Origin: Octopus vulgaris
Taxonomy: Eukaryota
Reading direction: 5' to 3'
DNA: 64,000 nucleotides
NCBI GenBank assembly: GCA_951406725.2
Contig: OX597814.1
Coordinates: forward strand, 125,488,001-125,552,000
A model generated the notes under the pieces. That model had not been told where the DNA came from and did not search any database. It saw nothing but the letters and a program-made list of their open reading frames with translations. How positions within the stretch are numbered: position 1 is the first letter of the stretch; every line of letters starts with the position of its first letter. Positions 1-12,252 of this stretch are shown one piece after another. Made by a program: the position numbers and the translations under genes.

Positions 1-59
1 AGTTTCTTCACAAATATTCTCCCCTTGCGTGAGAAGTATCTAGAATGTATGAGAAGTAT

Positions 60-1282
60 CTGGAATCATCCAGTCTCAGAAAGGATCTCCAGTATGAGGA
101 TTGGTTGAAAAGTTCAGCATAGTCCGCCTTGCGATCCTCACACTTCTTCCTTCAATGTTGCAGAGCTTGGATCCTATTGATGAAGAAACTTTTATCCTGT
201 CAGTCAAAAAATTCAACAGCAGACATGACATCATCATTACTGTGTTTTTTCATGTTGGAGAACAGATGATCCTCAGATGGGGTCAAATCAGGAGAATAGG
301 AAGAGTGGTCAACTAGTTCAAAGCCACAGTTGAACACAGCACCCATTGAAACCAAGGGCTTGTGTGCTGGAGCATTGTCCTGATGAAACAAAATCTCTTT
401 CATCAGTTTTTCTGGACGTTTGGTCTTGATAGCCTTTCATAATTGCCCCAGCAAGTTGACATAGTAATCTCCATTGATGATGTATCTCTTTTGAAGAAAG
501 TCAGTAAACACAATGCCTTATGCATCCCCAAGATTTGAGGCTGTCAACTTCCCTACAAATGAAAAGACCATGGTCTTCTTTGAAGCAGGAGAGGAGTGTT
601 TCCATTGCATGGATTGTCTCATTGTCTCTGGCTCAAAACGGTGAACCAAACTCTCATCTTTGGTTAGGAAACATTCAAATAAACTAGCTAGATCTGCTTC
701 AAACAATATCAGATTTTCCTGTGGTGTGATCAGCCTGGTGCACTTTTGATCAAGTGCCAGAAGATGTGGCACCCACTGAGCTGAAACCATCAACATGTCA
801 AGTTCATTATGCAGAATATCCTCAACTCTCACAAAGAATATGCTAATAGCATTGGCTATTTGATTTATGGTGAATCACTTGTAATCCATCATCATGTGGT
901 GAACATGATTAATGCTTTCCTCAGTGGTGGAAGACTGTCCCTTTCCACTCTGTATTCAGCTACCCTCTTTTCATAGTAAATAAAGCTGAAAAGTCATCCC
1001 CTAGTATAGCAACCATGTCATCATGAATATCGTTGGGGTAGGGGTAAACCCTCTTTCTGCAGATACTCGCTAACTCTACGATGCTAAATTTTGTCCATTT
1101 TCAAGAGAAAATCGCTACCAGTTACTTTTGAAGTCATCTTTGAACAGTCATATGTCAGTTTGCCTGAAAAGAAACAATGCAGTTATTAATAAGAAGGGTT
1201 GAAATTAATGCATGCAAGATTTCACAGCTGTAGCCTCACTCCTTCATAAAACAGCCAATGAACCTGTCAGCCTACCCTCATA
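60..1282 (-). mobile_element. Degraded mariner (Tc1/mariner) DNA transposon with transposase pseudogene
   Basis: Minus-strand ORF fragments carry WVPHLL, TKDESLVHRFEPETMRQSMQW, HQDNAPAH and YSPDLTPSEDHLF. Former start MDKI near 1098. TA+TGAGGGTAGGCTGA terminus near 1282. Multiple stops and frameshifts. Confidence 0.9.
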
Positions 1283-1844
1283 TATTCTTACCCTCACATA
1301 AGCAATTCTAGCTCAGTCCATTTTGAGAATCAATCTCCATCAGTCTTCCGTTTTCTAAGTAATAACTTTTCAGGACATATTCAAAAAATGCCCTTCTGTA
1401 TAAGCCCTCGACTCCCTTTCCTTCAGATAACTAATTTCCATTTTCATACCTGAAAAAAAAAATGAAAAAAAACCCCAAAGAATCTGAAAGAATTTAACAA
1501 AAGGACCACTCAAAGCCAGTGTTTTCCTGACAACCAAAACTTATATTCCTTCCTGTGACTGACATCTTCTGTCCCACTACATTATATTGGTGACTGAACA
1601 CCATTTATAAGGAACGTAAGTGGATTTTTGGCTGCACAGCTGGACAAGGTTTTGATTGACAAGCCCATAACTTTGACTTAGCTGTTAATTCTTGTACTTT
1701 ACTTCAGCTCTTAATAACTTCAGATTTAAGCCACTGAGAGAGATTCTATGTGGTCATATCACCTACTGGAAAATGCAACCAAATTCCATCAAATCATGTC
1801 TAAACAACTTTTAAAAAAATGGACATATTAAATAAAGTGGTCTT

Positions 1845-2077
1845 AAGGCAATGAGCTGGCAGAAACGTTAGCACGCCAGGTGAAATGCTTAGCGGTGTTT
1901 CGTCTGCCGCTACGTTCTGAGTTCAAATTCCGCCGGGGTTGACTTTGCCTTTCATCCTTTCTGGGTCCATTAAATAAGTACCAGTTATGCACTGGGGTCG
2001 ATATAATTGACTTAATCCATTTGTCTGTCCTTGTTTGTCCCTTCTGTGTTTAGTCCCTTGTGGGTAGTAAAGAAATA
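1845..2077 (+). mobile_element. SINE family A (~235 bp)
   Basis: Near-identical copies at 3271, 38545 and elsewhere. Internal B-box-like GAGTTCAAATTCC, ends AAAGAAATA, flanked by GGTCTT direct repeat. Confidence 0.85.
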
Positions 2078-2081
2078 GGTC

Positions 2082-2580
2082 TTAGTTAGTTAGTTAGTTA
2101 GTTAATTTTTTGGCTCAAAAAGCAAAAAAGCAAGGCCATGTAGGGGGACATGGAGTTATGTACAGGGTGGTGTTCATGTAAAGAGTTCAGGCCACTTGTG
2201 GTCAAGGGAGACTTAGAACTGAGCGGTGTCGGCATCTTCACCATCTCGTCCGGCAGCTTATTCCACAGATCCGTAACCCGGACGGAGAAAGCCCCTCTCC
2301 TTCGATTGAGATGAAATCGTCGCAGATAGAGCTTTTTGGAATGACCCCGCAGCCGACGCTCCGGAGCAGGAGTGAAGAACAGCTCCTTCGAGAGGTTACA
2401 CTTTCTGCTTATGATGTTGTGAGCAAAAATGAGATCACCACGGCGTCGTCGTTTTTCTAGAGAATAAAGGTCGAGCGTCTTCAGCCTTTCTTCATAAGAC
2501 AAATTCTTGAGACCAAGAACCATGCGGGTAGCCAGCTTCTGGACTCTTTCGAGATGCTGTATGTCTTTGAGGAGATAAGT
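2082..2580 (-). mobile_element. 5'-truncated CR1-clade LINE 3' end with (CTAA)n tail
   Basis: ORF 2098-2613 reads LERVQKLATRMV..LSYEERLKTLDLYSLEKRRRRGDLI..RLRGHSKKL..FSVRVTDLWNKLP, typical of the CR1 ORF2 C-terminus. Microsatellite tail at 2082-2104. Confidence 0.9.
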
Positions 2581-2939
2581 TGAATTATACCAGGAGAAAA
2601 ATGATTCAGTCACAGCTAGAAAGTTTTTGATTATAGACCTACTAGATGATGGCTGACCAGGGGCTAAATAACAACTACACTAACTATTGACCTTTCAATT
2701 TTACAATTTACCTCAGTTTATGACCATTACATTTCCTCAGATATTGGCCAGTGAACACAGTTAATCTTATCAACACTTATCTGGACTACAGCTTAGTTGT
2801 TAAGCTCAACACAGAACCTGGTGTATACAAGCAAAACCAGGAAGCCGCTATGCTGGCATTCAGAGAGCAAGCAATAGCACCCAAATCTCCCTCAAATCAC
2901 ACCTTAATGTTCTAAAAGAGAAACAAAGATGCATTATAT

Positions 2940-3209
2940 GTCACCATGACTGTGATCGACCAGGCTATCAGATGTTGCTACACATCGCTGGTCACAATGC
3001 ACTTCGCATTGTTTTAACCTTCAAATGGTGCCACCCAGCTGGCTAAGAGAGCAGGCCAACAGTGTGAGAGAAAGTTGTGGTGAAAGAGTACCGCAGGGAT
3101 CACCACCATCCCCTGCCAAAGCACCATGGAGCTTTAGGTGTTTTCGCTCAATAAACACTCACAGCGCCCAGTCTGGGAATTAAAACCCCGATCCTAATGC
3201 CCTAACCAA
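2940..3209 (-). mobile_element. SINE family C, degenerate copy
   Basis: Shares head and body (GAGAGAAAGTTGTGG..GAAAGAGTAC..GGTGTTTTCGCTCAATAAACAC..GTCTGGGAAT) with the copies at 39.2 kb and 41.3 kb. Confidence 0.75.
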
Positions 3210-3270
3210 TACCTTCAAAAAGTAAGACCAATTATCCCTCAACAGTTTTCCACTTGGTTAGACTAGACCA

Positions 3271-3503
3271 AAGGCGGCGTGCTGGCAGAAATGTTAGCAC
3301 ACCGGGCAAAATGCGTAGCCGTATTTCGTCTACTGTTATGTTCTGAGTTCAAATTCCGCCGAGGTCGACTTTGCCTTTCATCCTTTTGGGGTCAATAAAT
3401 TAAGTACCAGTTACGCACTGAGGTCGATGTTATCGACCTAATCCATTTGTCTATCCTTGTTTGTCCCCTCTGTGTGTAGCCCCTTGTGGGTAGTAAAGAA
3501 ATA
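3271..3503 (+). mobile_element. SINE family A with target-site duplication
   Basis: Full-length family A sequence. Direct repeat TAGACTAGACCAAAGG at 3259-3274 and 3502-3517. Confidence 0.9.
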
Positions 3504-3802
3504 GACTAGACCAAAGGTAAAACAATAACAGCAATATTTATCTGGAAATTTAAAGAGCAGTTGAGCTGTGTCTTACTGTAGCAGGAGTTTGAAGCTCATG
3601 GACCACTTCACCTCCCTGATTGATCACTTCTTTTTCCCTGAGAAATGGCATCCATTTCACTCATGGAGCACCTCCCACCTATTAATGGGCCACTTTCTTT
3701 TCCTTGATGAGCCATTTTCCTTTCACTGGTGGACAACCTTCTTCTCACTGATGGACCACTTCCTTGACATAGATGAACCACTTCCCTCTCACTGCTAGTA
3801 CC

Positions 3803-4002
3803 TATTTCTTTACTACCCACAAGGGGCTAAACACAGAGAGGACAAACAAAGACAGAGAAACGGATTAAGTCGATTATATCGACCCCAGTGCAAACTGGTC
3901 CTTAATTTATTGACCCCAAAAGGATGAAAGCAAAGTCGACCTCGGCAGAATTTGAACTCAGAACGAAATACCGCTTAGCATTCTGCCCGACATGCTAACA
4001 TT
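3803..4002 (-). mobile_element. SINE family A with 16-bp TSD
   Basis: Reverse complement of family A. TCTCACTGCTAGTACC at 3787-3802 and 4003-4018. Confidence 0.9.
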
Positions 4003-4330
4003 TCTCACTGCTAGTACCACCAAGATCTGCATCCACAGTCGGCTTCACCTAGGCTCGCGCCCTTCCAGTTGTAGACCACTTCTCTCTCACTGTTGGAACA
4101 ACCCATCATTGATGGATCACTTCTCTCATTGATGGACCGCTTCCCTCACACTAATGGACTACTTCCCCTCTGATGGGTCACTTTCTTCTCAGTTGAACTA
4201 TTTCTCTCTCATTGATAGACAAATTCTCTTTCACTGATTGAGCACCTTTGTCTCACCGATGGACCATTTTCCTCTCGTTGATGGATCACCTCTCTCTTAC
4301 TGATGAGCAATTTCCCTCTCATTGTTGGAT

Positions 4331-4663
4331 ACCTGTGCTGGTGGCACGTAAAAAGCACCATCTGAACATGGCCAATGCCAGCACTGCATTGACTGGCTTC
4401 TGTGCCAGTGGCACATAAAAAGCACCAAACGATTGTGGTCACTGCCAGCCTCCCCTGGCACATAAAAAGCACCCACTACACTCACGGAGTGGTTGGCGTT
4501 AGGAAGGGCATCCAGCTGTAGAAACACTGTCAGATCAGACTGGAGCCTGGTGCAGCCTCCTGGCTTCCCAGACCCCGGTTGAACCATCCAACCCATGCTA
4601 GCATGAAAAACGGACGTTAAGCAATGATGATGATGATGATGATATAATGATGATGATGATGAT
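4331..4663 (+). mobile_element. SINE family D 3' part with (GAT)n tail
   Basis: Internal repeats GGCAC(G/A)TAAAAAGCACC and motif GAGTGGTTGGCGTTAGGAAGGGCATCCAGC. A second copy lies at 8.7 kb. Confidence 0.8.
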
Positions 4664-5171
4664 GTTGGACTACCTTCACATTGATGGAATATTTCCCTCT
4701 CAGTAACAGACCAATTTTCTTTTCAATGATAGACAACCTTCTCCTCACTGATAGACCACCACCCCCTCATTGTTAAACCACTTCCCACTCACTGATGGAC
4801 CACCTTCCATGGACTGATGATCACTTCACTCTCACTGATGGAACATCTTCTCCCTGATGGATCACTACTTCCTCACTGGTGGACCACACCCCCATTATTG
4901 ATGGACCACTTTCCTCTCACTGATGAACTGTTTCTATCTCATTGATGGAGCACTTCCCACTGACCAATGGGCCACCTTTTTCCCATTTATTGACCACTTC
5001 TCTATCAGTAATGGACTGATTCTCTCTCATCGAAGGACCACTTCCTTATCACAGTTGGACAGCATCCCTCACACCCTTCTCATTGCTAGGTCAGTTTCCT
5101 TTCACAGGTGAACCACTACTCTCAAACTAATGAGTTATTTTCCTTTTTCTTTATCAACTACATCTCTCCCT

Positions 5172-5583
5172 TATTTCTTTACTGCCCACAAGGGGCTAAA
5201 CACAGAGAGGACAAACAAGGACAGACAAATGGATTAAGTCAACTATATCAACCCCAGTACGTAACTGGTACTTATTTAATCAATCCCGAAAGGATGAAAA
5301 GCAAAGTCAACCGCGGCAGAATTTGAACACAGAACGTAACAGCAAATGAAATACCTATTTCTGTACTACCCACAAGGGGCTAAACACAGAGAGGACAAAC
5401 AAGGACAGACAAATGGATGAAGTCGATTATATTGACCCCAGTGCATAACTGGTACTTTATTTATCTACCTGGAAAGGATGAAAGGCAAAGTCGACCTTGG
5501 CGAAATTTGAACTCAGAATGTAACGGCAGATGAAATACCGCTGAGCATTTCGCCCGGCGTGCTAACGTTTCTGCCAGCTTGCC
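5172..5583 (-). mobile_element. Head-to-tail dimer of SINE family A
   Basis: Two family A units joined at GAAATACC|TATTTC (~5355). The left unit lacks its 5' head. Confidence 0.85.
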
Positions 5584-5656
5584 ACTAGACCCCCCCACTG
5601 CCACTGATCGATTACCTTCCTTTCAATGTGGATAAAACTGTCATATAAACAACTGT

Positions 5657-6004
5657 ATGATGATGATGGTGATGATGATGGTGGTGGTAGTGTTGTTGTT
5701 GGTGGTGGTGGTGGTATTGGTGGTGGTAGTGGTGGTGGTTTTGGATTGGGGGCGGTTATGGTGGTGGTGATGACTTTGTTGGTAAGGACGTGGGGATATT
5801 TCCTGACGTTCATAATGATAGTGTTGAATGTAATAAGAACAAGGGAGAGAGCTGGTGATTATGATGATGATGATGATGGCAACTGCAACTATTATGACCA
5901 TGGTTACGGCTACAACAACCAGCACCATCACTGCCACAAAAACAACAGCAGCAACAACAATATCAACAACAACAACAACAACAACAACGATGACGACGAT
6001 GATG
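5657..6004. repeat. Trinucleotide microsatellite cluster (GAT/GGT/AAC)n
   Basis: Directly visible. Confidence 0.9.
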
Positions 6005-6542
6005 CTAGCAAGAAATATATACTGGCTGAGTCTGGCTCAGCAATAATTCCTTCAGAAATGTAAATGAAAATGTGGAGAAGTTATTTCCTGAACGTGTCGG
6101 GAATTAAACAAAGAAAAATAAAGATAACAGCAACAACAACACAAAAAAAAAATGTGATTGAAAAAAAATAAAAATGAAGCGAAAAACATATAACAATAAA
6201 TAAATAAACAAAAATAAATAAAAATATATCTGGTCCTTGACTGTTTGAAAAACAACACATTATTAGTGTCTTAACAGATATTTCTTTTTATATTTTCTGA
6301 GTCACTTTCCTAACCTGTCCTTATAATTTGATTGATTTTGTCTGCGGTGATTGTAAGAATCAATATTTCTTCAATCTGTTCTCCAGATAATTCTTTATCG
6401 CTGATATCTATGTATTCTTACCGAATATTGCCGCAGCCACTTCTCTTATGGACATCTAACGCTTGGGGTAATCTAGATACTGCCTGCCCGTCTGCCTGCC
6501 TGTCTGCCTGCCTTTCTTACTGACTGGCTGGCTGGCTGTTTT

Positions 6543-7400
6543 TTGTGTGTGTTTATATGCATGTGTATGTTTGTGTGTATGTGTATGTTCGTGTGTGAGT
6601 GTATGTTTGTGTGTACGTGTATGTTTGTGTGTATGTGTATGTTTGTGTGTATGTGTATGTTTGTGTGTGAGTGTATGTTTGTGTGTATGTGTATGTTTGT
6701 GTGTATGTGTATGTTTGTATGTTTGTGTATGTTTGTGTGTATGTTTGTGTGTGAGTGTATGTTGTTTGTGTGTATGTGTATGTTTGTGTGTATGTGTATG
6801 TTTGTGTGTGAGTGTATGTTTGTGTGTATGTGTATGTTTGTATGTTTGTGTATGTTTGTGTGTATGTTTGTGTGTGAGTGTATGTTGTTTGTGTGTAAGT
6901 GTATGTTTGTGTGTATGTGTGTGTGTTGTGTGTATGTTTGTGTGTGAGTGTATGTTTGTGTGTATGTGTATGTTTGTTTGTTTGTGTATGTTGTGTGTAT
7001 GTTTGTGTGTGAGTGTATGTTGTTTGTGTGTATGTGTATGTTTGTGTGTGAGTGTATGTTTGTGTGTATGTTTGTGTGTGAGTGTATGTTGTTTGTGTGT
7101 ATGTGTATGTTTGTGTGTATGTGTATGTTTGTGCATATGTGTATGTTTGTGTGTGAGTGTATGTTTGTGCATATGTGTATGTTTGTGTGTGAGTGTATGT
7201 TTGTATGTTTGTGTGTGAGTGTATGCTTGTGTGTATGTGTATGTTTATGTGTATGTGTATGTTTGTATGTATGTTTGGGTGTGAGTATATGTTGTTTGTG
7301 TGTAAGTGTATGTTTGTGTGTATGTGTATGTTTGTGTGTATGTGTATGGTTGTGTGTGATGTTTGTGTGTATGTGTATGTGTATGTTTGCGTGTGATTGT
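6543..7400. repeat. Complex TG-based microsatellite/minisatellite (TGTATGTTTGTG variants)
   Basis: Directly visible. It generates the HT/CV low-complexity ORFs. Confidence 0.95.
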
Positions 7401-7704
7401 CTGTATTAGTGATGTTGTTTCAACATGGTGTCTTCATTGTTTCTTGTTAATAAAGAAATTATTGATTTTTTAAAAAGTTCGTTTGGTTTTTGATGGTGGT
7501 GGGGTTGGGGTAGAGCTGACTTGAAAGTTTTTTTTTTTCCTTCCATCTTCAGAAAATACTTCCATCAAAACAATATATATGTACATATAAAACATGGAGT
7601 TTATTTTTAAACACCAACTTGCACCCCCTTCTCTATTCTTCTCTCTTTCTATATCTCTTTTTTCTCTCTCTATTTCTATCTCTATCTCTATCTCTGTCTC
7701 ACTA

Positions 7705-7819
<115 letters not shown>

Positions 7820-8521
7820 CATATCTGCCAAATTTCCTTCAATACCATCTACCATTTGAATGGTAATGTAAAGTGTCATGTATTAGACGTAACAGATGCT
7901 TCGATGAGTTATTATTGAACATCACATCAGGATGTTTTCACTTCGATTTTAGATGCTTGTTTTCCAAACTGATGAGAATTTAAATTCTCTTCTGTATAGG
8001 CCATGTGATTGAAAAGGAAGTCATGGCATCACAGATTTATTAAAGACTGGTCACACAGTATTAGTGACACAGTCACAGATTAAAGAGCTAGCAACTCTGC
8101 ATTGGTCATTTAATAAAGAAACCCTGACCTGTCTCCAAGGACATATAAAGGTCGTGGGCACAACTGTCCATGGCTTTTGCAAGCCTTTGCAGAGAGATTA
8201 ATGCTGTTGTGTCCCAGCATGATTGTTTGCAGGACTTGGATAGGGAGTACACCCAGGAGTCAGATCTTTTGGTATGAAAGCTTTTATGAGAGTGAGTTAT
8301 GCTAAAAACATCCAAGGTCTAAATGGTAATGTTAAACTGGGTAACATGTGAAGCTTTCTCTCCAGAACTAGCCACACTTTATTGATTACTTTTAAGTTAT
8401 CTCTACAGATTTCCTATAGAATTTAGAGCCAGCATCAAAAGTTATTACATTTCATATATGAATACATGTATGGTTGCAAAACAAAATATGGTATCCCCAG
8501 CAGCAATTAATATAAACTTTA

Positions 8522-8957
8522 TGGTCATTGCCAGTCCCGCCGCGACTGGCCTCCGTGCTGGTGGCATGTAAAAAGCATGGAAAGCGGACGTTAAACGATT
8601 ATAATGATGATGATTGATTGATTACATTATTACATGCTGAACAGTTGGATATTCTGTATTAGTCATTAAACTGATCGTGGCCGTTGCCAGCCTCACCTGA
8701 CACCTGTGCCAGTGGCATGTAAAAAGCACCCACTACACTCACAGAGTGGTTGGCATTAGGTAGGACATCCAGCTGTAGAAACACTGCCAGATCAGACTGG
8801 GCCTGGTGCAGCCTCCTGGCTTCCCAGACCCAAGTCGAACCGTCCAACCCATGCTAGTATGGAAAGTGGACGTTAAACGATGATGATGATGATGATTGAT
8901 TGATTGATTACATCATTACATACTGAACAGTTGGATATTCTGTATTAGTCATTAAAC
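8522..8957 (+). mobile_element. SINE family D with duplicated tail and flank
   Basis: Matches 4331-4663. The tail plus ~50 bp of flank occurs twice (8576-8671 and 8857-8957). Confidence 0.8.
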
Positions 8958-8959
8958 GA

Positions 8960-9430
8960 AGGAGTGGTTATGCAGTTATGGCTACATGGTTGTAGATAGA
9001 GGAGCTTACCAATCTATACTGGTCACTGAAGAAAGAACTAGGCATGCTGCATTAGTAATATTATTACAGCAAAGAACAAGCCCCATTGTATTGGTCACTA
9101 CAAGAATGACTGATCATACTCTATTGGTTTTACATGGTCACAGGTTAAAGCACTGACAACATCGTACTGGTTATTAACTGAAAGACTGGTCATGCTATAT
9201 TGATGACATTGTCACAATGAAGAATTGGCCATATTATATTGGTCACTAAACAAATGACTAATCATGCTTTACTAGTGCTATTGTCACAGTGATAAATTGA
9301 CCATTCTGTACTGGTCACTGAAAGGACTGAGCATGGTGTATTACAATATTTTCACATTCAACAAAGAGCCGGCTATTTTGTATTGGTCATTAAATGAAGA
9401 GTTTAACATGCTGTTTTGGTCAGTTGGTTA
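8960..9430. repeat. Highly degenerate minisatellite (TATTGGTCACT core)
   Basis: Repeated (T/C)TGGTCA(C/T)T cores at roughly 30-40 bp spacing. Confidence 0.6.
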
Positions 9431-10999
9431 ATAAAGAAATAGAATGTTCTTCTATGCAAGCTACAGGCCACACTGACCAGTAAGAGAGTAAATAACCAAA
9501 CTGTAAAATATTTCCTAGATATTTATTTAAAACTCAGCCACAAATGGGTCATTCACAAATGTTTTGCTTCAAAATTCAATTTTTCATTCTATTTGTGTCT
9601 TCTTCCATTTTCTCATAAGCAGAGGGAAGGGGGTGGGAGATAGAGGGTGGGTGAGAGGTGGGAAGGAGAGAGAGTGGGAGATAGGGGGGGAGAGAGAGGT
9701 GGGGAGGGAGGGAGGGAGGGGGAGAGGGGTGGGAGAGACTGAGAGAGAGTGGTGGGAGAGATAGAGGGGTGGGAGAGAGAGAGGCAGAAACAGACAGAGA
9801 CTCTATCCTTCCTTCAAGCAATAAGCAAAAAGAAACAACAAAAATGGTTTACTAGTGTTTAAATTTTTTTTAGTTCTTCTGGTTTCAACTGTGTTGTGCA
9901 TAATATAGATATTGTTTAATTTAGAGCAAGTCAGCAAAAGCACAAATATGCTACTTAGGCTGCACACTACGTTGCTAGCCTCATTTATGTCTACTATATA
10001 TAGCAGCAAATACATGCAGTTGTATCGAGTAAAAAGTAAGATGCATCATCTCTGAGGAGTAGTCAACAAACTGTGAAACAGTCTGTAAAGAGATTCCATC
10101 CTTCTATTATCCACACATTAATAACAAAGGAAAAATGTGTTTACTTTTTATTTTGCCCAGTGATGGTTTGTAACATTTAAACATACATATGCAATTCAGT
10201 TAAGGGGTGATGTTACTGCATGAAGTACATACAAATTTCTAAGAGAATTGAAATTGACCTCTTACAGAAAGAAAATACAAACCCAGCAGTAATAGCAACT
10301 GTCTAAAAGAAGATAGGTAGGGAGATAGTTTTAAGAAATTTAGAAACCGTTTCACAAAGAAATTAATTCTCATGTGTAAGGGAAAATCAAGCATGGTTAT
10401 AGCTCTGGATATCTTTCAATCTTATTAAACTGCATCAAATAACCGACACTTAATTTATATCTCATCTTGTAGGTAAACTAGAAGTTGTCACTATGTGGCT
10501 TACTGACTGCTTCACATGAGATTCCCTGTACATAAGACAAGGCAGTGCTAAAATTAACTGCCTTTCGGGGATCTTTTCAGTTAATCACTCTTATTAAAAA
10601 CTTTACTGATGAAGGAAATAGGTGTTAATGACTCCTTTATTAATTACAGGAGTAACAGCTTTAACTTATACATCTGGGAGAACCTGCAAGGGTTAGGAGT
10701 TTCTTTTATATACTTACTTTTAGAGGATACTTTTTGTATCTCACTTGTTTTCAACATGTACGTGACATTTGCATGATTTTGGATGTTAAGTCACCATTTC
10801 AAATGTTGTGCACTTTGATCCTCACAAATATTACCATTTCCATTGGAATGTTTTAATTTATCTCTTGTGAATATCACTTTGTCTGTATGGGTGAAAAACA
10901 TACATACATATATACATACATAGATACATGCATACTTACATGCATGCACACATGGATGTATGCATGCATGCGTACATATATACGTGTGTGTGAGTACAT

Positions 11000-12172
11000 C
11001 ACTGTAATTAACTGGTTCTGCAGCATCGAGAATAAACAGCCTGCAAACTCACTCAGTTTAATATCAAGCAAGGTTTTCTATTTTTCAATTACAAAATCTT
11101 TCCCCGTGAAAAGCCTAGAATTCAGTACACAATTTAGTATAATTAACTACCTCGATATCAAAATCATTCTTTTTGCTAAAAAGTAACATTTGTCCACGGG
11201 AAACTGCGACGAGTATGATTTTGTCGAGTTATTAATCTTCGAGACTTTAAAAACACCACTAGTATCTGAACCAGTAAAATTCTCAGAACTTGCTAGCGTC
11301 TACGTCATGGATAAGTTCATCAAGAAACTTATAAACTGCAAAGAGTTCGACTTTGGTATAACTGTTACCACCAACTTAGTAATGGTCGACTTCGTGGATG
11401 TCATCGAAGACCTCAAGACAGGCAATTATCATTGCTACAGAAAGTCTAAATAGAAAATTTCTTATATTAATATAAATTCCACCGACACCTGAACTGTTAT
11501 CAGAAACCTAATCACGGGTATTAGCTGAAGAATCCCAAATCAATCGACAGATAGAAGAATCCCAAATCAATAATAGGGCCACACCAAATTATAACGAGGT
11601 ACTAGTGAAAGTAGTTGTCTTCATTCCATCTAGATGTTTCCATTATTGTAGCTAGAAACTTTCTGTCGCAAATTAGACAGCATTTTCTGAGAATCCATTG
11701 TTATGATCAACTCTTTAATGCCAATAACGTCAAGATTAGCTACTCATGCTTAGATAACATCGCTTCTAGCATTTCACGCAACAAGAGAAACAAAAGCACA
11801 CCCACTCAGTCTTCCCACACGCACATACACCCCAGACAGTAAATGCTGAAATACCACTAATCCCCTGAGATGACCTGCTTCTCAAAGGCAATGGGCAATA
11901 GAGTCACCCTTACACAATCCAACAGTCTCACTATACGAACATAACAGCCAGTGATCTCAAGGGAAGAGTTACACCGCACTCATTGTCTACACTCATTCAG
12001 GTGTAGAAACAGGAAATTCTCTACGTTTCTCTGCCACTCCATCTGTAAGCTCCGGGATCAAGGAAACGATTTCCCTCATATCATACAGATCATCCTTGAC
12101 AGGACCCTTCCATACTCACATGGTGTTAGTAACTACCAACTTTATCACCGTGAGAAACTGCATATACTGTGA
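11000..12172 (+). mobile_element. Degraded Penelope-like element (RT, thumb and GIY-YIG C-terminal region)
   Basis: Fragments GITVTTNLVMVDFVDV..LKTGNYHCYRK, VARNFLSQIRQHF..FNANNVKISYSCLDNIASSIS and SFRCRNRKFST..ILDRTLPYSHG..EKLHIL match PLE ORF motifs. Many stops. Confidence 0.8.
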
Positions 12173-12252
12173 CACACATACATACTCTCTCCGCCCTCTC
12201 TCTCTCCCTCCTTTCCTCATGCACACACACATGCACACAAGTATATAGTACA

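Larger units (their letters stand above)
3597..5160. repeat. Degenerate ~22-23 bp minisatellite (CTCACTGATGGACCACTTCCCT-like), interrupted by SINEs
   Basis: Dozens of imperfect recurrences of CTGATGGACCACTT. Confidence 0.8.

Noticed and set aside
5626-6063. 145-aa ORF with poly-G, poly-D and poly-N runs and a hydrophobic stretch
   Set aside because: Built from trinucleotide microsatellites, with no domain or splice support.
6417-6460. Minus-strand micro-exon ATG..TTCG|GTAAGA (MSIREVAAAIF)
   Set aside because: A donor-like site and short ORF are expected by chance, and no downstream exon was identified.
6456-7409. Long ORFs (238, 223 and 153 aa) rich in H/T/K or C/V/M
   Set aside because: They are translations of a TG-based microsatellite, open in several frames on both strands.
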